The translations under genes and the position numbers were made by a program. Under the pieces are notes generated by a model, which was given only the letters and a program-made list of their open reading frames with translations, did no database searches and was not told the DNA's origin. Below, piece after piece: positions 18,454 through 30,600 of a DNA stretch of 64,000 nucleotides (within the stretch, counting starts at the first letter, position 1; each line of letters opens with the position of its first letter). Where the stretch lies: positions 32,001 through 96,000 of the IMG/VR virus record IMGVR_UViG_3300021185_003522. One strand, 5' to 3'. The stretch comes from a virus.

Positions 18454-19407
18454 TTATGACTGTGCCCAACTTGGTGTGTTTTGTGTAATAGTGCCCCAAG
18501 TGTCTGAAATATTTGACGTACTTGGTGGACGTACAGTTGTAATTTGTGATAGTGTTCCATCAACGTTATCCGGTGATGCTGGATCTGGCGGAGTATAGTC
18601 ATCTGATAAGTCTGTGTAAATTGTTAATACTGCACCTGACACACTGTATGAAACTTCAATTTCGTTTGCACCATATGTACCTGATGGTATTTGTTTAAAG
18701 TTTAAACTTGGTGTTCCGTCTAGTGCATAGTAACCTTCAGTTGTTGTAAGCGTAGTTGGTGTACCTGATCCACCTATTTTTGTTAGTCCTGTGTATGCAA
18801 CACTATTAATGGTTTTACTTGCGGCTGCACCTGTAAGTACTAATGTACCTGAAGCAGTTAACAAGTTGGTCCATGTAGTGTTCTGTGTACTTGTAGTACC
18901 ACCTGATCTACTCCATGACAATCTAATTTGTCCACCTGCGTTAAAAAAATATCGTGCAGCATTGGCACTTGCAAAAGTAATTGTTTTTGATAGTGTTGAA
19001 CTAGTATTCCAACCTGATGTTGAACTTGATGTTACAGATGCGTCACTTCCTTCTGCGGCAGCATTGTTTCTGGCATTAAATACTGCGGTAATATTCGCAC
19101 TGAGTGCCGCATATGCACTGATTGTGTCGCCAGCACTTGGAGCACTTATTGCCGTAATAGATGTTCCTTGATGTGATGCTAATGAAGCATTTCTAGCAAC
19201 TAGGTTTGCCCAACTTGTAGCTGATACTGTTGCTCCAGCCGCTACTGCGGGCAACGTACTTGATTGTCCGTAGCCTTTATCGCCTGTACCACTGCCCCAA
19301 ATTGTGTTAATATTTGCAACTGAGTCATCGCCAGAGCCTGCGGCGTTACCTGTAGCGAAAATGTTGTAGTCGTCGTCTACAATGGTGTTGCCTGCTGAAT
19401 ATGTCAT
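18454..19407 (-). CDS. Virion structural protein (short fibre/baseplate-associated)
   Basis: Ser/Thr/Gly/Ala-rich 317 aa; MTYSAG...DYN...WG.G.GDKGYGQ, ARYFFNAGG. Confidence 0.7.
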   Translation of the reverse strand: MTYSAGNTIVDDDYNIFATGNAAGSGDDSVANINTIWGSGTGDKGYGQSSTLPAVAAGATVSATSWANLVARNASLASHQGTSITAISAPSAGDTISAYAALSANITAVFNARNNAAAEGSDASVTSSSTSGWNTSSTLSKTITFASANAARYFFNAGGQIRLSWSRSGGTTSTQNTTWTNLLTASGTLVLTGAAASKTINSVAYTGLTKIGGSGTPTTLTTTEGYYALDGTPSLNFKQIPSGTYGANEIEVSYSVSGAVLTIYTDLSDDYTPPDPASPDNVDGTLSQITTVRPPSTSNISDTWGTITQNTPSWAQS

Positions 19408-19439
19408 CCTAATTTTATCCTTTGTATTAGTATTTCTAC

Positions 19440-19514
19440 GCTATAGTTTACGGCGTTCTCTTACGAGTCAGTTTTTATACCTTAGTTACCCACGTCGTGT
19501 GCTTTTACCATAGC
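19440..19514 (-). promoter_or_regulatory. Candidate structured 5' leader RNA
   Basis: Closing stem GCUAUGGU/ACUAUAGC, inner ACGACGU/ACGCCGU and CUC-GUAA-GAG hairpin, between a late promoter and the start codon. Confidence 0.45.
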
Positions 19515-19531
19515 TGGTTATCTTATAATCA

Positions 19532-19539
19532 TATTTATT
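19532..19539 (-). promoter_or_regulatory. T4-type late promoter AATAAATA
   Basis: Matches the TATAAATA core; upstream of a structural gene. Confidence 0.55.
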
Positions 19540-19543
19540 TTAC

Positions 19544-20896
19544 TTAGACGATCTTCACAATCGCTTCTATACTACCAATTCCTTCGTCTGTTTTGCTCTG
19601 TAGAGCACGGCCAATTACGTTAAAACTTGTAATCTCATCCAAGTTTGCTGATCTTGCAGTTCCGTTTCCGGCACTTACAAGTCTGTCACCTTTAGTAACA
19701 AATCCCATTACGTTAACAGGCACTCTTCCACTCATCGCAATTGGTGGATGTGTAGCATTTGATCCTGCATTGCCGTTCATCAAGTATGCTGGTTGTGTTG
19801 AAACAACACCAAATACTTTAGCACTTAATTCTTCTACGCAAAGTGTAACTTCGTTTACACCGCCTAGTTCGACAATTGTTCCTGGAGAATATTCTGCATC
19901 TGCATGAAAACGCTCAGCCATATCAGCGTATTGTGCTGATGTTGCTTTAGCATGTACTGTGTTAAAAGCAGTTGTTGATGTTCCGATATTTCCAACACCG
20001 TCTGCTTGTAAATTTGTTATATCTCTAACACCTACAGTTGAAGTTGCTCCGTCAATTTGAATTACTGTTGTAGTTACACCACCATCATTTACTGTGAATA
20101 GTGTATCGCCATCTGATGTTTGATTCGAAACATAAACATCTGATCCTGAAACAAACAATCTTCCATCACTATCAGCACCAACATACAATCCTGTATCAGC
20201 AAGTACGCTTATACTTGTGTTGTTACTTGTGGCAGCATCTGATCTCATAAACGAAGTTGAGTTTAGTGTATCTAGTGTGTCAGCATTAGTTGCAGTTCCG
20301 TTAAACACTGCGTTTGATACTGTTGTACTCATGTTCAAACCTGGACCAATCGTAGCAAATCCTGATATAGCTGATGCCGGAGTAAAAGTTGCATCTTTTG
20401 AGAATATACTTACAATTGTATTGTTAACAAACATTTGTACCACAACGTGATCTGTTGCACCGTTATCTGTGATAGTTGTTACAATAGCGCCTGATGTTCC
20501 TTCACCTGATGTAAAAGCAGGACCGATTGTAATAAAACTAGATCCATTATAAACTTTAAGTTGATCGTTTGTTGTATCAAACCATAAATCACCAGCAATA
20601 TTAGAAGTTGGTTGACTAGTTGATGCAGTCGCTGCAGAAATAACTTTAAAAGTTGTTCCGTTGTACACTTTCATCACGTTGTTTGTTTTATCGTACCAAA
20701 GTTGACCTGTTAATGGTGCACCCGGTGCAGATGTGTTTGCGGCATTTTCAAGCAAACGAATGAAGTTCTCATCTAAGAACTCACCGTAACCAGCGTAGTT
20801 TTTTCCTACTAGCGTTTGGCTCGAATCGTTATTGATAGTACCATCCGCAACTACTGCAAAAATTGTACCATCTGTTAGGTTAATGGTATATGACAT
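19544..20896 (-). CDS. Tail fibre/baseplate protein with C-terminal intramolecular-chaperone-like domain
   Basis: LVGKNYAGYGE...LLENAA, GQLWYD/GDLWFD repeats; YADMAE...GVVST.PAYLMN...GRVPV...IGRAL. Confidence 0.75.
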   Translation of the reverse strand: MSYTINLTDGTIFAVVADGTINNDSSQTLVGKNYAGYGEFLDENFIRLLENAANTSAPGAPLTGQLWYDKTNNVMKVYNGTTFKVISAATASTSQPTSNIAGDLWFDTTNDQLKVYNGSSFITIGPAFTSGEGTSGAIVTTITDNGATDHVVVQMFVNNTIVSIFSKDATFTPASAISGFATIGPGLNMSTTVSNAVFNGTATNADTLDTLNSTSFMRSDAATSNNTSISVLADTGLYVGADSDGRLFVSGSDVYVSNQTSDGDTLFTVNDGGVTTTVIQIDGATSTVGVRDITNLQADGVGNIGTSTTAFNTVHAKATSAQYADMAERFHADAEYSPGTIVELGGVNEVTLCVEELSAKVFGVVSTQPAYLMNGNAGSNATHPPIAMSGRVPVNVMGFVTKGDRLVSAGNGTARSANLDEITSFNVIGRALQSKTDEGIGSIEAIVKIV

Positions 20897-20921
20897 TTTG
20901 TTTTACTCCGTTTTCTAAGTG

Positions 20922-20929
20922 TATTTATG
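20922..20929 (-). promoter_or_regulatory. Late promoter CATAAATA
   Basis: Followed by a GGAG RBS and the ATG at 20896. Confidence 0.6.
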
Positions 20930-21584
20930 TTGCACTAAGATTAGTTAATGTTTGTATACGAACTGTATAATCAATTTGTATCTGTCTGTTCAATGATTTT
21001 TGAACAGGATGAAAGATAACATGTGTTATCAATCTAAGGTCTGTTGCACTTCCGTTCCAAGTTTTTAATCCTAGTTCATCAAATACATAATCACCGTTAA
21101 AATCTGTTGAATTATCAAATGCTTGTTGCCCTGATGGCTCACCATAATCTAATAAACAACTTACAAGTATATCAGTATAAACTTTACCTGTTGAATGAGT
21201 AACCGTTAAATTATTTCTGCTTGTATCAGTATTTGCTGAGCTATTGTCGTCTACTACTTTTGAGTAGGTTGGATTGTACAAATTAGCATTCTGTCCGGTT
21301 GTGTTTGGTGGCAAGTATGTAATTACACCTGTAGGGTCTACACTGCTACCGCCGTTACCAAATGCCATTTCATAAATTTGCCCGATCGTTTTATTGGCCA
21401 AGCTGTTTGCCAATGCTTCACTGATATTTTCATAATGAATAGCGTTTCTTTTATCAACAATCACTTCTTCCGTGTTTGGATCAAAGATTTTTATGTGCCC
21501 ACTTATAGCAAGTTGTCCAGCTTCATTTGGACGTTTTTCTTCTTCTTGATCCACTATGGCCTCATTGTTTGTTTTTTGTTCCAT
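20925..21584 (-). CDS. Virion structural (baseplate) protein
   Basis: GHIKIFD...NAIH...MAFGNGG...FDELGL...THVIFHPVQKS; within the tail module. Confidence 0.7.
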   Translation of the reverse strand: MEQKTNNEAIVDQEEEKRPNEAGQLAISGHIKIFDPNTEEVIVDKRNAIHYENISEALANSLANKTIGQIYEMAFGNGGSSVDPTGVITYLPPNTTGQNANLYNPTYSKVVDDNSSANTDTSRNNLTVTHSTGKVYTDILVSCLLDYGEPSGQQAFDNSTDFNGDYVFDELGLKTWNGSATDLRLITHVIFHPVQKSLNRQIQIDYTVRIQTLTNLSAT

Positions 21585-21588
21585 ACTG

Positions 21589-21596
21589 TATTTACC
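21589..21596 (-). promoter_or_regulatory. Late promoter GGTAAATA, 4 nt before the ATG
   Basis: TAAATA-CAGT-ATG, identical to the arrangement at 39030. Confidence 0.55.
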
Positions 21597-21615
21597 TTAT
21601 TACTTAACCTGGGTT

Positions 21616-24600
21616 TTAACTCTTTAAGAATTTTACTGCTGGGGTAGTTTGATCTTGCAATGCAATGCCGTTACTTGCAGTATTTGTGCCTTGAGCGTAC
21701 ATAACATTTGCAGTAACCTGGCTAAACCAAACTTCCACATTAGCCTCTGGTGCAGTTGTTAGAGTTATTTCAGTAAACGTACTATCTGTTGCAGTAACAG
21801 TGTAATCTGTGTCTGGTACAAGCACTGTACCAGCAACTGTAACTGTGACTGATTCAGCAAGTTCAGTACTGTCTAATCCAGTTGGTACTATTATACTTGT
21901 TGTAAATCTAGTAGTTGTACCATCACCAACATTTGTTTTATCAGTTGTTGTTTTTTGCTGATATGTACTTGGCAACTGCTCGCCTGGACCAACGTCACTT
22001 GCCTGCGTAGAAATCACATGTGACATTGCACTTGTTCCAGCAACACCCCTACGTAATCCACTAATTGAATTACTACCGGTATCTCTTGTTCTATATGTAA
22101 TTCTTTCTGCACCCACCATTACTTGGCCAAACAGGTTAGCAGATAGATTTGGTTCACTGAGCTTTGTTACATCTGTAAAGTAGATTGTATCTGCATCAGC
22201 AGTTATATCTTGTAATAATTCTGTTGTATTATTTGAATTCAGCCTTAGTAATTTTTGATTTCCTAACATGTCTTGAAATATTCTGAAGTTTAAACTATTA
22301 GGAACTATTGTGTTAGTAAACATTGTAACTACTAAAACATCAGACCCATTTATTGTATTTCTATCTAAAGTTAATGTTGTAATGTTGTTTGTAGAATTAC
22401 TTAAATTATATTCTGTTTGTTGTATGTACACTCCGTTAAGTGTTACAATCAGTCTTTCCGGACTTGTTATAAGTCTACCAAGATTAAAGTCATTTGTATC
22501 AATAGTTGTTCCAATTGTTTTGTCGAACTCCGAACTATCGTATGGTACTTCATCATATGCGTCTCCAGTTGTAACACCACTGGTTGTTGGACCAACAAAT
22601 ACTTTTGTTAATATATTCTGCTGAGCAGTATCGTTGTAGGTAAACACTCCAAAAACTGCATTGGCAGCTGCACCAACACGAAGTTCAATTTGATCTCCCA
22701 TAACAATATAATCTGCTTCAGTAGTTGTGAAAATCTTAATATCACTATTAGCAGGAGGCATACTACCTACAGTAAATTCAATGTATCTATCGCTTGATCC
22801 ATCCCATGCACTTAGGTTATAATCAACTGCGAGGTTTTGTTTTACATTATCAACATATACTAGCATATCGTTATCAGAGACCAATGCTTGATTGCTTATA
22901 CCTGTTGTGCTAATATAATATGGACCTGCACTTGATCCATCACCTGTGTATTCGATACCCTCTGGCGGACGTAATCTTAGTCCTTCGCGATTAACAACTA
23001 GGTTAGCAATGTTTGTACCTTGTAAACTATTTGTTAGAGAATCGAGTAGACTTGATCCATCATATGTCATATATTGTACTAGAGGGGTACTCCAACTATA
23101 CTGTGTTGGTGTTGTTGTTCCTAAAGCAACTATTGTTATCCATGCAGTACTCGGAATTGTTGAACCAAATGTTATTTTAGTAAAAAAACTGCCACTCGCC
23201 GCATAAGTGTAATCTGTGGTAACAACACCATTATTGAAAATAACCATTTGATTAATTTCACTAAATGTAACAGGAATGGTTTGTGTGTTAGATGCAATTT
23301 CTGTACCAGCAAAACTTTCTTTATAAAGTTGCGAACCTCCACCTAATCCAAAAACCTTGACACCAATTGTATTTCCAACTGCACTAGGCATTGTTGCTCC
23401 AAGAGTTACAATTTTGCTGATCCAATTAATTGTATACGCAGTGTTTACTATGGCTTGTCCTGTAGTAAAATCAACAATTTCAATACCAACTGGATGTAGC
23501 ATTGTGTTTGTAAAATCTATTACGGTTCCAGCACCAAGGAACTCAATTGTTGTAGTAGCAATATTAAATCCGTGTCCGTCACTGCTCCAATCACTTCCAG
23601 GGCGTGTATATACTTTTAGATCAAGTGTGTCAAATTCACTGCCTGGAATTAACTCTTCTGGAGCATGCGAACTATATAGGTCGATGAATTCTCCGCCTTC
23701 GACGTTGATGTCTGTTGACCTTGTGCCTAAGTAGGTGTCGGAAAATACACTTTCATATATTACATCTAATATTCCTGGATCATAAGTTGGCAATCCTTCT
23801 GGACCAAAATCAATATTATCAAATGGATTGATATCAAAGTTGCCAACATCATATCCAGTATTTTGATTGAAATCTGGACCTTGAACTTGTACGCCAGGAT
23901 AGTCTATTCCGCTCATTACTTGAGCAAGTTCTCTTCCTGGCTCGTTTGGTTCAGGAGTGTATAGGCCAATAGTTCTGTCTGCACCATCAAGAGTACTTTG
24001 ATCAACTTTTGTATAACTTTCCGGGTCAAATGTCGCACCACTTGTTAAATTTGTGTCAACACTGTATACTTCAGGTAGCGTTGCTGAAACTACACCAACA
24101 GTTGGCACCGGAAATCGAATTAATTGTCCTGCGAGATAAAACGTATTCTCAGTCCAATCCACTACCTTACTAGTATATGTAATTCTGTCGTATGCTATAG
24201 TTGTTGTAAAATCACGCACCTGTTGCGGTTCTAGAACTGCTATTGCAGTTGCGCCAGTGCCATTGCCACCTGTAATACTAATTGTTGGAGTGCTAATATA
24301 TCCACTTCCTTGTGTGATTAAGTTTACTCTTACTAGCACACCAGCAGTATTGACCGTTGCAGTCATTGTTGCTTGTGTTGTTGCATCGCCGGTGATAGTA
24401 ACCTGCGGTGGCACTGTGTACCCTGAACCGCCATTGGTAACTGTTACACTTTTAATTTGTAATTTATAATTGTTAAACCACTGACTCCAAGGAAACGTTT
24501 GCCACACAACACTTGTGCTTGGCAATGCACTTAGCGATTTAGGATTTTCACTATCGTCAAGTATTGGAGAAACAAATTGCCCACGTAGACTATCATAGTA

Positions 24601-27600
24601 GGCTGGAAGATCAAAGTCTGTAATACTACCGTTATAGGTATCCTCGCCTTCATAGCGTAGATTAAATTCTCTTACCTGTACATGGTATGGTTTAACTTCT
24701 TGTATGTATTGACTTACAAAATCCTGATTGTCTCTTCTAAAAATTGGATATTCTATTAGGTCACGTATTTTATGATTTACATCAATAAGACTTGTTTTGA
24801 ACAACCAATCTGGAGCAGCTTGTTCAGTCATAATAAATTCAAACGTTAGTATAAGCAATTCATTTCTAAATTTTTGTAGATCAGTAGTAAAAATTTCTTC
24901 GTTCAGAGCCTTAAGTATTTGACGGGTTTCAATATTTGGTGCTTGATCAAAACGTTGTGCATCAAATACTTCAACATCAAATCCAAAATTTCCATCTGCA
25001 TAATTGTAGACTGTGCTATCAATTGCTATTGTACCATCTTGAAGAAATACTCTTGTCCATTCTGTAGTAGATGTACTATACTGATAAACTTCTTGCTTGC
25101 CAAAACTGTTTGCTTCCACAGTTGCCCATTCACCATTTTTTACATTTGGTAAGGCTAATAAATCACTATAAACTTTTACATCATATGAACTTTCATTTAC
25201 ACTACTATAAGTGGTAAAATCAGCATTTGTTCCGTTCCAATCAATATAACTCCAGTAGAGTTTTGTATCATAGTTTTGTACTCTTGATAACATCAGTGTT
25301 TGATCTGCTTGGACTGTATAGATTGTCCATAATCCTTCTTGTGTACTATCACTAGCAACAAGATATTTGTAACCTACTGCCACCTGTCGCAAATCTTGAT
25401 AGGTAAGCTCGGCATAGGTTAATACACGCTTGTTCCATTCCCCACTTGCAGAAGTTGGCTCAGGCTCTTGGCTGTTCAATAACTTTAAACTTTTGCTATC
25501 AGATATAGGATATAGTTTCATTATTGCATTTGCACGTTTTATATAATTTTCAAGTGCTAGAAATCTGTTTGTGAAGAAGCTCTGTCTAGGTCGAAAACTT
25601 ACTCCATACTTGTCTGCTATACTCAATGTTGCATCTGGTACTAGATTTCCAAGAGTATCCTCTCCGCAAAAACTATCTAAAAATTTTCTGTAGAGTCCAT
25701 CGCCCAAGAAGCTCTTATTATCGCCTACAGTAATTAAATCATATTCACTGTGAACATTGTCATTGTTCGCAATCTTATCAAATTCTATGTGTAAGATTGT
25801 ATCACTAGCTGAAAACAGATTTCTACAATTATACAAACTTACTGTGCTTTGACTTATGGCAGCACTATATGCAACTCCACTTGAACGAGGACTTTCAATG
25901 TATTGTGCAATTCCACTTGCACTCAAAGTCTTATCAGAACTTACCGCAGTTAATCCTTTAACCCAATAGTAGTAATAGGTAACAAATGTTCCTGCACTAT
26001 CAAGCTCACTGGTGATTACATAACTTGTAGTACTGAATACAGTACCGTTGCCTGTGTAGTTTGCTGGTTCAACTGTGTTCTTAGTCCATTGATAAACATC
26101 AACCGACGAACCTGGAAACAGTTGCCCCCAACGTCTGGCTTTGTACTCTATTGTGTCTTGATGATAATCAATAAATCTTACTGTGCTTAAATCCCACCAT
26201 ATTTTGCCAAGATAGCTTGATGTCCATTGTGTACCATAATTATTCACGTCTCCAGTGTTGTATGCCGCTGGATCAATTCCACCTGTGTAGTCAATGTTTG
26301 CTTGTGCAGCTCCTAGTATTTTTCCTTGTAATGGATCTATAAAGTCAAGATAGGTTGTCACTTCGTTGTTGATTTTATTATATGTAAATACACTGTTTAA
26401 CAGTGTAGCATCAACTATTGGTTGCTGGTTGTATCTTATCTTCCATGCTGATTCTTTGTTTGGATTTACAAGTTGTGTGACTCGTCCAAAATCACCTGAA
26501 CTATCATTTAAATCATCGTTAGGAGCACCAACTAATAGTACACCATCATAATAGTCAACTGCACTACCAAACTTATCAAAGCTCATTATACTTGTATCAA
26601 AAATCTGTTGTCCAAACGCAAACTTTCCTGGATTTGTTGCACTTGCATTTGCACTTGGCAGGAAGTTATACGTGTACGCTACACCAGACTGATCCAATGG
26701 ATCAGTAAGAGAAGTACTCTTACTATCAAAGTAAGTTGTATTGCTATCAAAAGTTGTTGGCAAATTAGCAGTGGAATCAGGTGCACCTACGACCAACGTG
26801 GTAGCAGAGTTATCAATTTTAATACTTGTTCCAAAGTGTCCATAATCGTTTGGAATAGGTGCAACAATAGTTTGTGAATATACAATTGGTTTTAACCCAA
26901 GATCTGCAAACGCAGACCCGGCTCCAGGTGCTACTTGTAGTTTTATAAATTCTTCACCTGCTTGTATGTCTACCAGTGTTAGTTGTAATGCTCCGCCTAC
27001 GTTGGTTGCGGTAATGTTTGGTATATCAGCAGTTGTAATATCTGTAACTAGACTATCAACAGTTGTTCCTGTTAATGTCACATAATAATTGTTAATCCTA
27101 ATACTATCAGTAGCAGTCAAGACAGGATTTGTTACAGTGCCTGTAATTGTGCCAAATAATCTTGATTGGTTAATCCATCTGTCAACACTTCCGCCCTCTG
27201 GAACTATTAAACTATCATTTGGTTCTGCAATATATATGCTACAATTTGTTGAACAAACATCAACTACACTTCCAAATTTATAATTTCCGCCAACTGTTGT
27301 AGCATTTACTGTTTGTGCCAATCTAAAAGTATTTGTTTCAATCTCTACTATATCACCAACATTAAGTGTATATGGATTAGTAGAAGTTCCAATTGTAATT
27401 GTAGTTCCACTGTTTGTAAATTGTGCGTCATTTGCATTATCACTTGGTACTAAGTAAGTGCCGTTGACAGTTACCGCTGGCGTTCCAACTGGTGTATCTA
27501 CAGTAGTGAAACTTTGTGTGGTAGTTGATGCAGTTGTTACTTGAAAACGTTCAACGCTTCTATCATAGAAATGAACACTACCTGCATCTGTTGAAGTTAC

Positions 27601-30600
27601 AGAACCAACTGTAACCTCTGCATTAGGAGCTCCAATTACTAACTGTCTACCATCAGTTGTAGTGCTGATACTTTGTCCTGCTAAGTCACCTGCACTAGCA
27701 CCTGATACTGCGATGCTAGATACAAAGTCCCAATGGTCTTTTGAATCAATCAGCAGTGTACCGCTGTTGATAGCTACTAATAAAGTGACCGTGGAACCTG
27801 CAAAGGTGTAATCAAATGTAGGACGTAAAAGAGCACCATTATAAAACACTGAAAAACTATAAATGTCGTTCACGGTAAAAAGTTTAGCTGTACTAAATGT
27901 TGTTGTTGGTACACTCGGTAGGTATGTAATGCCTTGACGTCTTGTTATAACAATAGTATCATTTTCATTTGGTGCACTCGCAAATCTTACCACTTGATTT
28001 GTACCTGAAGTTTGTACAGTAAAATCACCACCATCAGTTTGTGAAATGTTGTTTCTAGTCACTGCAATCTGGGTTTGTGCAGTTGCATTTACTGCACTAA
28101 CAACAATAGTGCCTGTGATAATAAAGTCTTTTGTTGTAGCATCGCCAACAAATTTAAGTGTTTGACTTTGCACACCAACTTTGTTATAGGCGTAAATTTT
28201 ATTATCTTCAGGAGCACTAATGTACAACCAACGCTCGTCGTCACTGACTGCAACATCTTGTCCAAACTTATCAGCATCAACAGTTCCTGTATTAAAAAGT
28301 TGTGTTTGTCGAAATTGGCCATTGCTACTATCACGATTTATTGCTACTGCATAACCTTTATTACTATCACTAGCTGGTGCACCGCTGACAATCCATTCAG
28401 TGTTTCCTACGCTTAAACTTGTACCAAACCCAGAAAACCCAGTTGCAGTTGGTTTCATTATTGAAACTTGTTTGTAGGTGTTAGTATCAGATTTACCAAA
28501 ACAGTATACAGCACCTGCTCCACTTACATGACCTGGAGCACCAACTGCTAAGCCTTGTCCAAGCAATCCTTGTTCAACTGTTGTGCCAAAAAGATCATCT
28601 TCTAAAGGTTGATCAGCATCAAGTTCTGTTGCAGTTCCAAAAGGATTTACTTTTTCTAGAACGGCCCAGTTCCCATCACCATAATCATCAACCCATACTT
28701 GGTTACCTGAAGCTATATTATTTGCAAAACTTAAACTTGCAACATCACTGGCTTGAGCTAGACGCACACTTTCAAGCGTAAAACATCTTCCGTCACCGGT
28801 AAGTGTTACTGTCTCTCCTGGAAGACTCAATGCAATGGTCAAGGTTTTCAGGCTAGGTACTGTGCTTACTATATAAGAACCGTCTACTAGTGTATTAAAA
28901 AATTTAATTATTATTCTAGCATTAGCCAACAATCCATGATTGGTATCAAAAGTCACTGTTAAAGTGTCGTTTAGATTATCAGTTACTGAAATTATTGTTG
29001 CATTTACTAAATTGGTACGATAAATGTTCCAATCGTAGCTGTTTGCTTTTGCAACCCAGATATTTGTACCTAAAGAAATATCATCAAGATTAGCAAGGAC
29101 ATTTGTTAGGTCATTATAATTAAAAACCTTAATATTTACATCGTCGTAATTTACATATCCTGCACTTGGTAATGCTACATCTTCTGGAATCTGCCCAACT
29201 GTTGGCAATATGTTTTTGCTTGTAATTTTATAACTTTGTTTCCATATGTTATCAACTAAAACAGTTTGATTAGCAGTTGATACTTCTTGTGTATCAATTA
29301 CTGCAATTGTGCTTGGATTAGATAAAAGTTTGCTTTCATCTGTTCTTAATTCAAAATAACTTCTATTTGCATTGGCACCATAGATACCACGTTGTATCGC
29401 CCAGTTTTCTCTGATTTCATATTCGGCTTCTTCTTTGCCAAGATAGGCACTCTTGAATTGCTCTGCGGCACCTAATGTGCCTTTTGTGCCTAGAAACTGT
29501 GAATACAATCCTGCTTGTGAAATGTCATCTAAGTTTAGATTCTGCATGTACTGTCTTGGACGGAAACCAATTAGTCCTAATCCTAGTAGTGTTGCATCGC
29601 TTTCTAAATTAGCAGTATGTATATCATAGTTCTCACGTAGTGCATTTGCTTTAGTAGCAAGGTTTGGTAACAAGCCAGTTTGTATTTGTGAATAGTCGCT
29701 TTTAATCCAATCTGCAAATACAAATGTTCCGCTTGGAGCTAGTAGTGTGGTAGCACTCCAATATGCATTTTTATAAAGAACTATCTGTCCTTTTGTATAA
29801 GATTGATTTGGCACCCATTCTCTAATGTTATCTTGGTTAAGTATAAAACCCTGAGCGTCTAAGGTACCATTCCAGTCAAAGACAGTATTGCCATTCACTA
29901 AAAGTCTATTTTGCCTTGCTCCTGTGATTGGCTGATATATTAAATCGTTGAATATACTTACATTGTCAAATACAATTATATGTTCATATGCAGTAAATCT
30001 TGCTAAAAGCAAACTGAAAGTATTATTATTCAATCCAATTAGTTTTAATTCGTTGCCCAGTCTTTCAACTGCATAATCTTTAGTTGTCATCGGAAGAAAG
30101 TTTTGATTTAGAATAATATCATTGATATTTTCATTTGTTAAACTTTCAACAACTGTATTTGGTTGTTCTAATTTTAGGATATTAGCGGCTGGATTTAAGT
30201 TTATAATACTTCCTTCAGTCCAACTCTGGTTTACCCAGTATAGAAACTCTTGCGACATCTGTGTCCAATTTATGATATATTCATTTTCTACAGTGTCAAA
30301 AGTTAAGCCTTTCTTAGTCAGTAATGCCCCATAGCTCACTAAAAAGTCAACTACAGCACTTGCATTTGTAAACACATAACCGTATGGTACTTGTCTCACA
30401 TTCTCGGTAAAACTTTCGGCTATACGAGTTGTTTGTCCAGCAACTGTTATTGTGCTAAATGTACCAGCATTGGCGCTTTGTAGTATTTCAAAATAAGGCT
30501 TTGCAGTTGAGTACCCTGCTACTGCATAACCACCGCTGACTCTTTGAACTGTCACTGCCGAATATTGTATTTCTGCTATACTAGGATTTTTATAGAGAAA

